Source of the DNA: Octopus bimaculoides
Taxonomy: Eukaryota
Reading direction: 5' to 3'
Length of the DNA: 64,000 bases
Assembly: GCF_001194135.2 (NCBI RefSeq)
Contig: NC_068989.1
Coordinates: 25,323,295 to 25,387,294, forward strand
The translations under genes and the position numbers were made by a program. Below the pieces are notes generated by a model. That model was not told the DNA's origin. It saw nothing but the letters and a program-made list of their open reading frames with translations, and did not search any database. Shown one piece after another: positions 49,081 to 62,662 of this stretch (its first letter is position 1; each line of letters opens with the position of its first letter).

Positions 49081-51877
49081 TAATAGGAAATAAACACAGA
49101 GCGAATGAAATCAAAAACGTGTTGAGTGAATGTCTGGAAGTGGTTAAGATATGCAATATATGTGAGCCTGTGTGCGTAGTTGTGAAAACAGATTTACAAT
49201 ATCGGATGAAGTACTCCTATAGACGGGAAAGACGTGAGCAGTAGCCGCAAAATTCTGACGGAGCGCTCAGTACTATTGAGCTAAACGACTCCTGACAGCA
49301 CGTCTCGTTTTTTATAACGCTAATTTTTCCTTTATAAGTAAAAACTGAAGCGTCGAATGGGTTGAAATATTTTTTTTAGAAAAGAAGAAAATCATGAACG
49401 CACGAGAAAATGTGTGACAACATCTTTTAGAAAATCGGGTAAAAAGAATCGAATTTTGTACCTTTGAAATTCCGACTGAGCTCTCTATACCTTGCAGCTA
49501 AGTGCACTCTGACTCAGAATGATGTTCGATGCTGTGCAGCGGCTGCCGTACATTTTCCCCACGTCTATATGATGGCGTAATATTTGAGAGTACGGTGAAG
49601 TCAAAACTCTTCATACCGATAACTGGTATGTACGATCATAGTGGTTTGTTGCTCTGAAGATGTGAATATTTTTCCTATAATCAAAAAGTAGAATTTCTAT
49701 GGATAACTACATCGAAATCTCTACTATGATTATAGATTTACTTTTATATGAATAATCATTAGTGTATTCGGTTGTTAGTAAAAGTCTAAATCACAATCTG
49801 GAAAGGGCTAGGAGTTTCAAGCAAGGAAATGACCGCTTAATACGAACTTTAATAATAAAATCTGTAACCCGTACAGTAGAAATATACAAGATCTAAAATT
49901 TTGATGTTTAGCAATTATCGTTATTATTATAGCAACTTCAATGACAGAGCTTTCGTTTCTCTGTTAGAAATCAACTTCCTCCTTCTAGAAAAAAAATACT
50001 AATAAATAAAAAGTAGAAGACAACTACATCACATTCACGAACTATTACATTGCAGTGGAAATTGCAAATATCTAAGGCACACACATATACCCCGTTATAT
50101 CCAGTTTCGTTGTGTCTTATGAAGCCAAACGTTTCGTCATGCATCTATGATTTAGTAACTGACACAATTCGACTCTATCGATTTGAAGGTAGCTATTGGC
50201 TTGTTTTTATAGACGCGAGGAAGATTCGTTTGCTAGATTATACATACACGCATACATACATACGAATACACAAACATACACATACGCAAACACACTAACA
50301 CACATATTTACACGCAGACTCATCAATAATCGATTGGTAAGACAAACACGAACTAAAGCAGATTTCGAAAACATTACATCTCATTAAAAAACACTTGGTA
50401 AAATTCCATTTAATAATTTCCTATGCCACAGTTCAACGACAGCGACAACAAAATCGAACAACAGATCCAATAGCCTCAACTTAGCGCTGACGACACTCAC
50501 CTTGTGTCGGTCCATTCACTCTACTTCTGGTATAAGCTTACTCTCGCTATTCTTTAATCACCACAGGAATCACTGTAGCAACTGAACCTATATATATGTA
50601 TATATATATCATCGTCATCATCACCATAGCCACTGTTGACATCATCATCTTTATCGCCATCGTGGTCGTCGTCATCATCATCATCATCATCATCAACATG
50701 TTTTACAACAGCTGTTATTACCTCTTCTGTCAGCAAGGAGAAATCTCTTACCCCGACGCTTTCATTCTTTCAGTCCAGTAACAACTGACAGCCCCATTCA
50801 ATTCAAGGAACGAAAAAACTGACATCATGCACAGTCAGCTATCATCCCTCAGGCAACACTACCCTAATAAATCAACTCCACATATTCCACAAATAGTTAC
50901 TCTTCATCCCACTTATATTAAAATATCGAATCCCCAAATCTACCACTATTTCTTTTCCTTGAGATTATGTCTACAATGTGTTAGGTCGTAGTTAATGCCC
51001 TTCTCATGGCGGTTTGATATCAATGACTTTGTGATCATAATCCATGGAGTGCACGCCGAACAGGGAGAACCCAAACAATGCTGTACCTAATCATTGTTAA
51101 TATATTCGGACAGATTTGAACCTGAATGTCAAATCGCTGTTGTTTTTCGTCATCGGAGGACACTTCATCCATTTAGAAGATGTGTATTCATCGTGCACGC
51201 GCCTCATCGATGTAAAGGGATATCAAAACAGCTCGGTAATTCGTTGTCGTTGTGTGTCCCTGCGGTAGAAGTTATCCTGCCATATTGAAATATCCACACG
51301 CGTCAGCAAATAACTTGTTTGCTGATTGGTATAAGCAAGATCTCATGCTCTTGTTCATTCGTTTCGTGGGTCCGACGGAGCAGATTCCATTGGGGAAATA
51401 AACAACGAGATCGAAACGCTGCCGTGTCTCAAAATCACCTATACCGGTAGATCCTGTGCGCTATGATCACACATCATCTAAAGGAAGGAATGTTTTCCGA
51501 TGACAAAAAATGAAAACACAATAAAAACAAAATAAAACAAATAAAACACAAAATCAGTTGTTCCAGTTCGAATCTGCCGGAATGTATTAAGAGAATAGAT
51601 GCGTCTAATGTTTTGGTGTTTTTGATCACCTGTCTTCAGACAGGAAACTTAAATCTGGTTCATTGTAACATGTGTCTCAGGACGTTTATAATTATTCAAC
51701 TGTTTATTTTTATTGGGTGTATGTTTTTGTATTTATAAGAATGAAATTTTATTTATTTTTTAAACTGTTAACTGGTGTAATGCAAATTTGTGTTCAGATT
51801 TTATTTCCAAAATATCTGGAGATTTTTTCAATGTTTCCTTAAATCTTTTTATTCCTAATTAATATTTCGTTTATTTG

Positions 51878-52020
51878 AATCGTTAGAGCGTCAAAAAATT
51901 GCTTTACAGAATTCATTATATTCTGAGTTCAAATCTTGCCGAGGTTGTCTATACCGTTTTTCTTTTCAGTGTCCATAAAATAACGTCAGTTAAGTGTCAT
52001 GTACGGTATTCAATGGAGTA
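51878..52020 (+). mobile_element. Degenerate SINE (34915-35093 family)
   Basis: gaatcgttagagcg..attctgagttcaaatcttgccgaggt. Confidence 0.45.
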
Positions 52021-54397
52021 TACTAACCACTGACTAACTAGTGCAATCGTTCAAACTTCCGTGGAAAGTGGCCTATATTCTTGAAACTGTGCAATGCATA
52101 TAAGATTCTCTTTTACTAGGACCTGCATGATGGTTGTGGCAAAACTGGAACAGGGATCATGCAATTGTTGCAGATTCTAACGTACTTAACTTTTCGTTTC
52201 TTAATGATGAAAAGCAACAGTGATCGGATATTCACGTTACCATCTGCCATACTCTATTAAGAGAATAGATATGTTATTATTTTGTGATGTATTTAGCCAG
52301 TTATTTGGTTAATTAAAGTGTTCGGGACTACTCTTCCTAGTTGCATTTCGTATTATGAGACTGGGTAGTCTGGAATCACAGATAATAGAGGATCGAAACA
52401 TGAAGCATTCTTCTCAACAATATACTACATATCATATACATTACTATACAATTGAGTGTTTAAGCACATATTTTTCACTTTTACTATTAATGCATCACGA
52501 AGACATAAGCTTGATATATGATTATCTTTTGTTTCAAGCCTTGAATAGTGATACTAGCTTCTTGGAATCTATTCGAAGCCCTACTATCCAGTTTACTTTT
52601 AGACATGATATATACTAATGTCTACGAAGCAAATTAGAACTTGAAATTAAAATAAATAAGGAATAATATTTGAAATCTATACAAAGTCCAGAAATTAAAA
52701 TTTAAATAAGATAATACATACAAAGCACACGAAAACAAAAAAACACACATGCACACAATAGTCACTTTGATTTGCTCAAAAAGAACATGAATTTTTATAA
52801 AGAGTATAAGACTAATAGTAAAATATGAAGTAATATCCTGTAAGTGAAACTACATCTGCAGTGGAATTTATTATATTGTTGCTCGTAACGCGATCAGTAT
52901 GATTATGTTAGAATTTGTGGTTGAAAATATATGCAGACAGATTTTGCGATGTGGAGAATAACCTATCTACATAAAGCTTATTTTTTTCTACATACTTTCG
53001 TATTTTATCGGTGGTATCGCGGTATCTTTCTGCCATTCCATCACAGCATGTAATAAAATAAACATAATTACCATTTACTTTAGATTTTTAAAATATATGA
53101 ATTTCATATGTTTTTGATTTAGAAAACTATAGTCGCTCACTTCAGCTTTATGGAAAGAATAAAAGGAATGTTTCAAATTTATGTTATTATATATAAGCTT
53201 CTATGACATCCGATCTTAAAGCAAGTCTATACTATTTAACATCTGACAGTCTTTTATAAAGCGAAGATAACTGTAGAGATGTATTACTATTCTTTTTCTT
53301 CGGTCGTACTCTAGTTTGTTTTTTTTTCTCTTAAATTGTATGCATTACCTTTATTTTCAATTGTGAAATATAAACGAACTGAATATTGATATTTCCTTTG
53401 AAAGTGTTTGACTAGATCACTATCGAATTCTTTTAAGTTTTGCGAGATTCTGAATGGTTCCAGGTGATGGCATTATTGAAAATGAAGAAAAACAGTTCAG
53501 ACAAATATTTGGTATGAAATGTTAGAGATACGGATATTATTATTTTGACATTTTTTGAAGAAAGTTAAAAGACATATATCAATAGATTTGCGTGGCCATA
53601 TTTGTTGTTATTCTATTTTTCGCTGATGTTTTATTGTATTGTTAATGATTGATGATGTGCTTTGAAAGGGATGTGTTTCCGTTTAGAGGTGGCAGCTTGC
53701 ATATGGAAGAATTACTTCAATGTTAGTAACTTTCTACTCAAAGTTATGGAATTATAGTATATGTACATTTATATCCATACACCACAGACTAGATATCTTT
53801 AACGGAAATTGTTTTCTATGATTTATGCTTTTACTATATAATACAATATAATATTATATGATATATTTATTCCATTCAAGTATTCGTGTATGTATGAAAT
53901 ACTTGTGCATAGTTCTATACAAATGCATGTAACTTGCATTAAAATAATTTTTTTAAAAAGCCGTTATTTCTGAAAACAAGATGATGGTTATATAAGGGCT
54001 TATATCTTTACACTAAAATACATACATTCTTTCGCATACATACATACAAGCATGCATACATTCATACATACATATGGGTACATGCACATGTCTATGTATA
54101 TATACGTACATGGTTATAAGGCTTATAATGTAATTTATCATACACAATTTACCAATGGCTTCATGCAAAAAGTAGGCTCTACGCTGGGCTTCTGATTCTT
54201 TTATTTTCCCCACCCGTCAATGAGAAACGAAATTGTACAAGATGGCAATTTAGAGAAATTTCGTAAGAGACCAGACAGTAAGATTTCTGTGGCATTATAA
54301 CATTAAGGTAAACTAATTTCTTCTTATGACAATAAAATACTAATATTGCCCTTAAACATATATTTCGTAAACAGTGTTATAAATGGCATTGTTTCTC

Positions 54398-55150
54398 TAA
54401 CATGCATATAGTCTTAAAGAAGATAAAATTTCATTTAATTTTACTCTTGTAAATGTTTTATTGTTGGTAGGATTGACAGAGAGTCAGAGAGGAATGTATT
54501 ATAGTTTCCATTGAGAAATATCAATTCTTAGTACTATTCAGAAAGGTTTAAAGTGTTAATGGCTTTTGTATTTTTAGGAGTAATATGCTGGCAATCTATG
54601 TTCCAGTGTGCGGATATGATTAAATGGAACTTTTCTTCTTGAATGCTTTTCATGTGCCGCCATATTTCATCTACTTTTACTTCAAAGACAATGTAATATC
54701 TGCCAATGTTGTGGTTGTTCATTTGTTCGAATATTTTAAAGAAAATAGTCAGGATTTTTGCTTAAATCGTGTCTGCATCATATTACTTTCACTTCAAGAC
54801 AATTGATATTCTTTGTCTGATCTGAAGCGCATTCATTTTTCATTTTTCTTTGTAAATGAACATCTTGATTCTACAACAGACATACTTTGGCTGTTTTTTA
54901 TGGAGCTCACATTAGGAACGCAGGCGTAATTGATCTTCACATTATCTTGCTGTAATACCTTTACGTTGAGGACGAAAGATAGGCCAGAATTTTGTTTAAC
55001 TACATCAGCTTTGATGATTACCAAAAAAGAATACAAAGCAGATAATTTTCCAGGGCCGAGTTATAGATATATTCATATGAAATGGTGATAAAAGATTGTC
55101 TTCATGAAGCCTCTGATTTGCTGAGCAGTATACGAAGAGGCAACCTTGTC
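54398..55150 (-). mobile_element. Penelope-like element 3' remnant (possibly Nematis-type)
   Basis: QDNVKINYACVPNVSSI resembles NNVKISYSCMPN; EEKFHLII..NTLNLSE resembles CL.EK..I..LNKRSE. Heavily frameshifted. Confidence 0.6.
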
Positions 55151-57119
55151 AAAAATGGTTTTAAGAGTAGAGTGGGGATGCTACTACTCAAATTAGAGAT
55201 GGAATTTTTGAAAATATTACTGTTCGTAGAAAGAATAAATCAGTAAATATATTTAGTATAAATTTCAAATGCTTTTGTGAACTGAGAAACGACTTCTAGG
55301 TAGCTACTTTTAATTATAGTGTTGCATAGAAAGTCAATCTTCGTGAAATTCCGATGCATATGGGAGTTAAAATCTGTGTTGTTGATGTTTCACACTTTAA
55401 AATGATGAAATAGTTTGATACTTTTAGTTTTTCTTGTTATCAGTTACATTCGTCACTACAAACATTCAAATGTGTTTGAAGATATGTGACGGCCAATATG
55501 ATATTCAACATCTCAATAAATAGCTAGCTTTACCTGTTCATCATATTTGCGGTTTTCTATGGAGAATACTACAAAAGTCAATATGCTGGCCGACATTGAT
55601 GATACTGCATATCATTATTTGATTCCAAGTTGAATTGGGGATCTACGAAATCGTGAATTAAAGATCTAAGATCGTTAATACCTTCACAAATATATTATAG
55701 AGATTTGAGTGTGCAATTAAATTTTAAATTCTGCTAATGGATTCAAACATGTAGAAATACCCACTATATTTTCAATAAATGTTAGATTATGTGTAAAATA
55801 TGAGCAGAAAATCTTTTACATTGACAACCTGGGGGAATTAGATGATGTTTGCGAATATATAGCTGCACAAACTGTGCAAGTTGGGAATTTCACTGTGCTA
55901 TAACACTTTGTATGAGTTCAGATTTAAAATGTTTTTAACCTCGAGAATTTGCAAGAGATACTACCGTAGCATCTTCATATACATCTTGCATTGAATTCAG
56001 CTGGGCTGTAAAAAAGTAAATATATTTGCGTTGATATAATCACATACCATTGCTGTTTAGACGCATTAAGTGTAAGCACAGACAAAATAATAAAACTTAT
56101 CTATGCAATATGAAAATAATAGTTTTCTCTTATTCTATTCTTCATTATTGTATTCTACATAATATATTCTCTTATTGTATTCTAGATTTTCAGAATAATC
56201 GACAAGAAAATGAAAAAGAAAGCAGGACCTGAGATATTTTCTTCACCATGGCCGGGCAAATTATTATATGTAATTGTTATTTTTCTTTTATTAAAACCAA
56301 GTCAGCGCCATCCAGCAAACTAAATAACAAATATGTTTAAGCCATCTCTCACCCATATTCTAGTATGGCTCAACTACGGCGTGTCAGGCATTTAATTTCT
56401 ATTCGTAAAAATGCTAGAGTGTAAAGTAATGACGGTTTTGGGTACTCTTTCTAGACAATGGATTAGCTGTTTAGTTTGAAATATTAACGCATTTGGAAAA
56501 TTATGACGGTAATATGTCAGCCTTCTATAAGATTATGACATTAAAAATGTCTTCATCCGAGATAAGAGGTTACAAAAGAGGCACTTCTGCGTCGATAAGT
56601 TCGCTAGCACATGTTTAGAGTTAATTATTCATAGACAAAATACTTAATGAAATATTGACAGTAATCACTCCACATTAAACATCTTTCAGACCAAACCACT
56701 TATATATAAAATAGATAGCTGGGAGGTGAAATACCGTGTTGTTAAAAAGTCTACACATATAATGTAAGGACAAACTTTCATAAAGTTTGAATGATTTTCT
56801 TTATGAACGCTTGGAAGCTATATTACATACTGTATGAACTGTAGCTCTTTTTTGTTTAATTAGCAGAAAGAATATCGATTTTTTCTATAGATGTACACAG
56901 ACAGTTTCAGGCTGAGCCGAAACATTTTTTTTTACTCTATATGTTTATCTATAATTTGTATAATATAGTGTGCGTCGGTATCGACGATCACTTTCCGTAT
57001 ATATAGTTACAATATATAATAGCAAAAGTAGGTCATACTGCTTCGTAAGTTTCTGTTATAAGTTGCAGTCGCTCAGCTGTAGTAAACAACGTTTAATCTC
57101 TTGAGATTGTGTGTACCTC

Positions 57120-57770
57120 AAGTAGGTTTTAACCTGATTTTACGGACGTCTCGCCAGTACACTATTTGTTTCGATGACCGTATTTTCTCCCTTCAGAGAA
57201 CATGCCCTAGTCAGCGACGGTCTCAAGATACTTTTCTCTTTCATATTATAGAAATTGGTTTTCTGTAGAATCGTAGTTTTTGATTTTCTCTTGCCCAATG
57301 ATGTTTGTGTACTGGCGTATTTCGTGTTTATTATGAAGGAAGGCAGATGTATTTTTTCCACCTGGTTATGGTATAGTGTAAAGTATACGATTTCGATCTG
57401 TGCAATTGATTGGGACAGTATATATATTGATTTTCATTGCTCAGCAACGTTCTGGTTTCGCAGTTGTTCCCTAACCCTTCCAAATGCCAATTTAACATTC
57501 CTCATCCTGCGACCTAGTTTGTCATGAAATCTAACATCAATACTAATTGTAGAGGCTTTCTCCAACTGGTTCTGCCATATAGTGATAGCGTGTTAAGGTT
57601 GTGCCGCATGGCTCGAGTTAGGACATGACTGACAGAGGACTTCAGTTTTCTGGATTTTAATATTCGAACTAACTTTTTGAATACAATAACGTAAAGCCTC
57701 CTCCATGTATAGCATCTCCTTTGCAGTGTTCGTCATACAGGCATAACCTGCAGCAAATAAAGGGTATTTC
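57120..57770 (-). mobile_element. RTE (BovB-like) RT C-terminal remnant
   Basis: PLFAAGYAC..NIKIQKTEVLCQ (FADD-like..KKTEV), RMRNVKLAFGRVR (RI.KA..AFG.L), LGHVL..SSKQIVY (RW.GHV..PKQI.Y). Confidence 0.7.
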
Positions 57771-57771
57771 C

Positions 57772-57970
57772 CTAACATGCATATAGTCTTAAAGTATATA
57801 AAATTTCATTTAATTTTACTCTTGTAAATGTTTTTTTGTTGGTAGGATTGACGAAGGGTCAGAGAGGAATGTAGTATAGTTTCCATTGAGAAATATCAAC
57901 TCTTAGTACTATTCAGAAACATTTAAATTGTTAGTAGCTTTTGGCATGTTTAGGAGTAATATACTGGCAA
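57772..57970 (-). repeat. ~195-bp direct copy of 54398-54593
   Basis: ctaacatgcatatagtcttaaag...ttaggagtaata..ctggcaa occurs at both sites, roughly 85-90% identical by eye. Confidence 0.9.
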
Positions 57971-58405
57971 GTGATTAGAGCGTTTTTTTTTAATGCGTTT
58001 TGGTATTTGTTCCAGTTTTCTGAGCAGTGATTTCAAATATGATCAAGGCAGCCTTACCATTTCATTGTTTTTTTTTGGGGGGGGGGAGGATAAAGAGTAT
58101 CGGTCTAGGGTGGTAGATTGGCTGAATTCTTGGCTATTTAGGAAGCTGTTTTCCTTTTTTATGCTTCACCTCTTTACGTTTTGAGAGCAGCAGATGTAAT
58201 AAAATTGCTACCAGACGATATCGGTCCAATTCAGCAGTCCTGTCGTTTCAGAAACATGGTTGGTCTAGAGATGTTAGACCAGCATGAGAGACTGGGTGTT
58301 TTCTCAAAGTGTCTTGCGCATGCCACACATGAGTACCTGTATCCGCAGTCTTGATCTAGGGCGAGTATAGCTACATATAACCAAACATGCATTTATACAT
58401 ATATG

Positions 58406-58438
<33 letters not shown>

Positions 58439-60290
58439 GTACATACATACATACGTATATAATACATACTCACACACACAGGCATACACACACATACGTG
58501 TGTGTATGTATGTATCTGTGTATGAATATATGCGTGTATGTAATCGTGTGTGTGTGTGTGTGTGTGTGCGTCTGTTCGACCTGCATTTCAGTATTATGAA
58601 TATATTAAATTTCGTTATTCCCCTACACTTCTCTCACAGTCTCTGCCTTTCTATTTTCTAATTCTGTCTTTTACCTTGTTTTACTTTCTACGTTTCATAT
58701 TTTTTCTACATCTCCATCCCCCTTTCACCTTGCTTGCGGTAGGTCAATCTCTACCTACTGTCTTTATCATCGACACAATAAATACAAGTTTAACCTTTTG
58801 ATTGACCTTCACTGAATCTTTTCAATATTGTGAGTCAAGAACGAAAGACAAGTGGTACTTTTTCATTGCTCTTTTATTGTGAGCACTTGAGGAAAGCTCG
58901 AAAATTGTACATTGCAAACAGAACTGTTTCCCCTTTTAGCTGTATGTGTCTATACATGTGTGTGATTTTGTTTTTGCATATGTATGTTTTTCTATACTCG
59001 TTCGGTCAATGTGAGCTGATTAAGACACCATTTTTTCCTGACATTTTTTTCTTTATAAGAAATCCACACACATGTTTATATGACAGTATTGATATCTGTA
59101 GAAGTTCGTCTGCTTCAGCAATCGTTACGATCGATTAAACATCTCGCGTTTTGCGTATTTCTATGTACGTTCTTGCACCACTTACACACATTGTGTAAAT
59201 GAACATATTTACCTTTCTGTATATTACTATCTTCTGACTCTCTCTCCTTTTCTAAACACACACACGAACATATCTGTGCGTGCGTGCGTGTGAGTCTATT
59301 TTATAGACAGACACTTAAAATACGCTCAATACAAATTTCAGTTAGAAGTGTATACATACATTATATTCTCAATATTGTCTAAGTTAAACAGTAATAAAGA
59401 TCCACGTCACGGTTTCGTTCAGTCGAATTTTTGTATGATCGTACACACAAAACGCTTGCTAAATCATAAAAATTATAATTGCTAATGGTGTAAACTGCAT
59501 TCGCCAAATTTTCATTGCATTATATGGTTAAGTGTTACCTCTTTCACATACACACAGACATACATCTCACTCAAACCTTTATCTTTTCATGCACTGTCTT
59601 CACATGTGTTTGGGTCAGTGGACCAGAAAAGAAATTTGCTTAGGGTACAATAGACTTATGACTTCTTGATTTTGCGGGGATAAACAATTTCTTGTATCAA
59701 CGGTCGATGAACAATTTCATATAAGTAGGGAAAATAACATTTATTTCAAGTTTCAAAAAAAAAAAACCGTCACCCCAACTGAAGAAATCTAACACCACTT
59801 TTGACCCATATCATGCAAAATTCTAAGGGGCTTCATAATACCTACCCAAGTTTTTACCAAACTTGGTGTACTGCCTTAATGCACTGCAGAAACAGTATAT
59901 CTCAAATTTCAGCTTTCAAGTTTAAGTAGTTTAGGAGTTATAGAGTTTTTAATTTGTTACCACTTAGGCCCTACTTTAGGAAATATCCTCTTCCTCTCCT
60001 TTTTATTTCTGTGACGCTAAAAACTCTGACTAAATTAACATTTTTTTTCAGAATAGTAGGCTTATCCAACTAGAGTATCTAAAATAATGTCTCATAAGAG
60101 ATGTGCCTGTGTCATTCAAAGAAGCAAAAAACATCTGGACGAAGAATCTGATCCAATTTCAAGGCTCACATAGGAAAAGAATACCTGTCANNNNNNNNNN
60201 NNNNNNNNNNNNNNNNNNNNNNNNNNNNNNNNNNNNNNNNNNNNNNNNNNNNNNNNNNNNNNNNNNNNNNNNNNNNNNNNNNNNNNNNNN

Positions 60291-60324
<34 letters not shown>

Positions 60325-60342
60325 AATAAAAATAATAATATA

Positions 60343-60700
60343 AAGTATGAACAAGACCAACCAGCGCCCACACGATGATGGAATGGCAATTTTATAACAG
60401 GCGAAAAGAAAAAGACAGAAATAAAAGAAAAAAAAAGAAGACGACAGAAAAAAGGAAAGAGACAGAGTGAAAGAAGAATATTTAATCAAAAAGTTTTGTA
60501 TAAATTTGATGATATTCTCCTGTCATCTTATTCATTTCTCCAGGGCGTGATGTTAATAACCTGCAAACATATTTCTCCTCATGCATTCTAAGAAGTGTTT
60601 TTTTCTGCCTTTTTCTTTTCGCCTGTTATAAAATTGTAACTTAAAAATTGATGATGTCATTCCATCAACGTGTGGATGCTGGTTGCTCTTGTTCATACTT
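60343..60700. mobile_element. Candidate MITE/foldback with ~80-bp terminal inverted repeats and TA flanks
   Basis: 60343-60420 aagtatgaacaagaccaaccagc...gaaaagaaaaagacagaa is the rc of 60603-60700, apart from a ~20-bp insertion. TA at 60341-42 and 60701-02; no ORF. Confidence 0.68.
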
Positions 60701-60713
60701 TACGTTTAAATTT

Positions 60714-60776
<63 letters not shown>

Positions 60777-60800
60777 ATAATAATAATAATAATAATAATA

Positions 60801-61383
60801 CACTGGAAGCTATGCCAACACTATGGAATAACAACAGAAAAAAGATGGTATAAACACACGCCAGAAAAGATCAGGGAAACGAGAAAGCAACCATACTCTG
60901 GGATATGCCAATACACACAGATAGAGAAATTAAGGCAAATAGACCAGATATAGTTGTCAAAGATCATGAAGGAAAAAATGCTTTCTAATTGATGTATCAA
61001 TACCAGCAGATGACAACGTTTCCCTAAAAGAAATGAAGAAACTTTCAAAATATAAAGATCTGGAAATAGAGGTAACTTGAATGTGGAATCTAAAAACAGA
61101 AACAATTCCTATCATAGTAGGTGCCTTAGGCATTATAAAAAAAATATTCAGACAAATACATAAGGAAAACACCAGGACTTACAAATATATATAACATACA
61201 GAAAATTGCACTACTAGGCACTGCACACATCCTACACAAAACACTTTCAATACAGTAACCATAAGAGCATCACAGCAAACCACAGCACATACTCAAGGCA
61301 CACAGAGCTGCGCTCGGTAGTGAAGTGAAAGCACGTTATAAAAATAAAACTACTGAACAATAATAATGAAAATAATAATAATA
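60801..61383 (+). mobile_element. RLE non-LTR retrotransposon, young family B, 5'-truncated, after (CTA)n(AAT)n
   Basis: HWKLCQHYGITTEKRWYKHTPEK, RPDIVVKDHE..CFLIDVSIPADDNV, ALLGTAHIL. Family B 3'UTR and short AAT tail; frameshifts. Confidence 0.92.
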
Positions 61384-61394
61384 CATTATGCCCT

Positions 61395-62032
61395 GATATA
61401 CTACCAAGCAGTGACTCTCACGGCCTCTGGTCTTAATTGATTGGAATCATTACATGATTTGTCTTGGTGTATAATCGACAGAATTGTTACGATCTGTCTT
61501 GATATAAAAGATGGGCTTCATCAAGTATTGTGCTTAGTACCACAGATATACTTCTCACTTGCTTTACCGTAAACAGCTGAGCATGTCTCTTAGTGGCTGA
61601 TGATATGCATATGTCTGATCATGAGCAGGACTTGTGCAAGAGCATCATAGTCATGTCTTGAGGGCGATTCTTTGGGGGTTTGAATAATCTAACCTTGGAA
61701 ACATGGGTGTTTCGTTCACCATCTTTAAACAACCACTTTTCAGGGACCTTTTGAGTGAAGTAGGCTGCTCAATCTTAACAAAAATTCTAACTGTGCTCCC
61801 CCTGAAAAGTCATCCGTTGTTTATCTTGATATGAGATCACCATTTCTCGCCCGTATGGTTATGATGTATGTGAAGGTATACCTTTATCAGACGGGGACTC
61901 ATGATCGGTATTTTGGACTTCGTATGTTGGTACCCTAGTATCAGTTTGATGGCACACGCTGTTCTCGCCCTAATAATTATAATTATAATAATAATGATGA
62001 TGATGATCATGATGATGATGATCATGATGATG

Positions 62033-62100
<68 letters not shown>
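61395..62100 (+). mobile_element. ~550-bp (AAT)n-tailed element, older copy, plus tail
   Basis: Collinear with 62110-62732; tail of AAT/GAT units at 61970-62100. Confidence 0.78.
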
Positions 62101-62102
<2 letters not shown>

Positions 62103-62109
62103 TAAATGT

Positions 62110-62662
62110 TCGGATGCAGTACCAGGCAGTGGTTCTCATGGCTTCTGATCTTAATTGATTGGAAGTGTTTATCATGTACATTGTTTTGTCTTGGTATAAA
62201 AGATGGACTACAACAAATATTCTGCTTAATACCACAGATTTGCTTGTCAGGTGTTTGACCTTAACCAGTTGAGCATGTCCCTTGGTGGATGACGATATGT
62301 GCATCTCTGATCATGAGTAGAAGTAGTTGGGGAGCATCATAGCCATGTGTTGAGAGGAATTATTTGGGGTTTGAATAATTCACCTTTGGAAACATGGGTG
62401 TTTTGCTCAACAACATTAAACAAACCCTATTCAGAGACCATTTGAACGGGATGAGCTACTCGGCCTGAAGAAAATTCTAACTGCCCCCCTCCTGCGAGGT
62501 CATGCGCTGTTTATCTTGATATGAGACCACCATGTCGTGCACATATGGTTGTGATGCATGTGCTTGGTGTACCCTTATCAGACGGCTAATCAAGATGGGT
62601 ATACTGGGCATCGTATATTTTACTCTAGTGTCACTTTGATGGCATGCCCTGCTCTCTCACTC

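Noticed and set aside
52120-52181. Possible exon DLHDGCGKTGTGIMQLLQIL after a good acceptor (P-loop/PTP-like look)
   Set aside because: Lacks the Walker A first Gly and the PTP HC..G.GR pattern; weak donor; no partner exons.
59765-60060. MITE/Helentron-like wording and a 14-mer (gtgtactgccttaa) shared with ~15790
   Set aside because: No termini or extended alignment could be established by eye.
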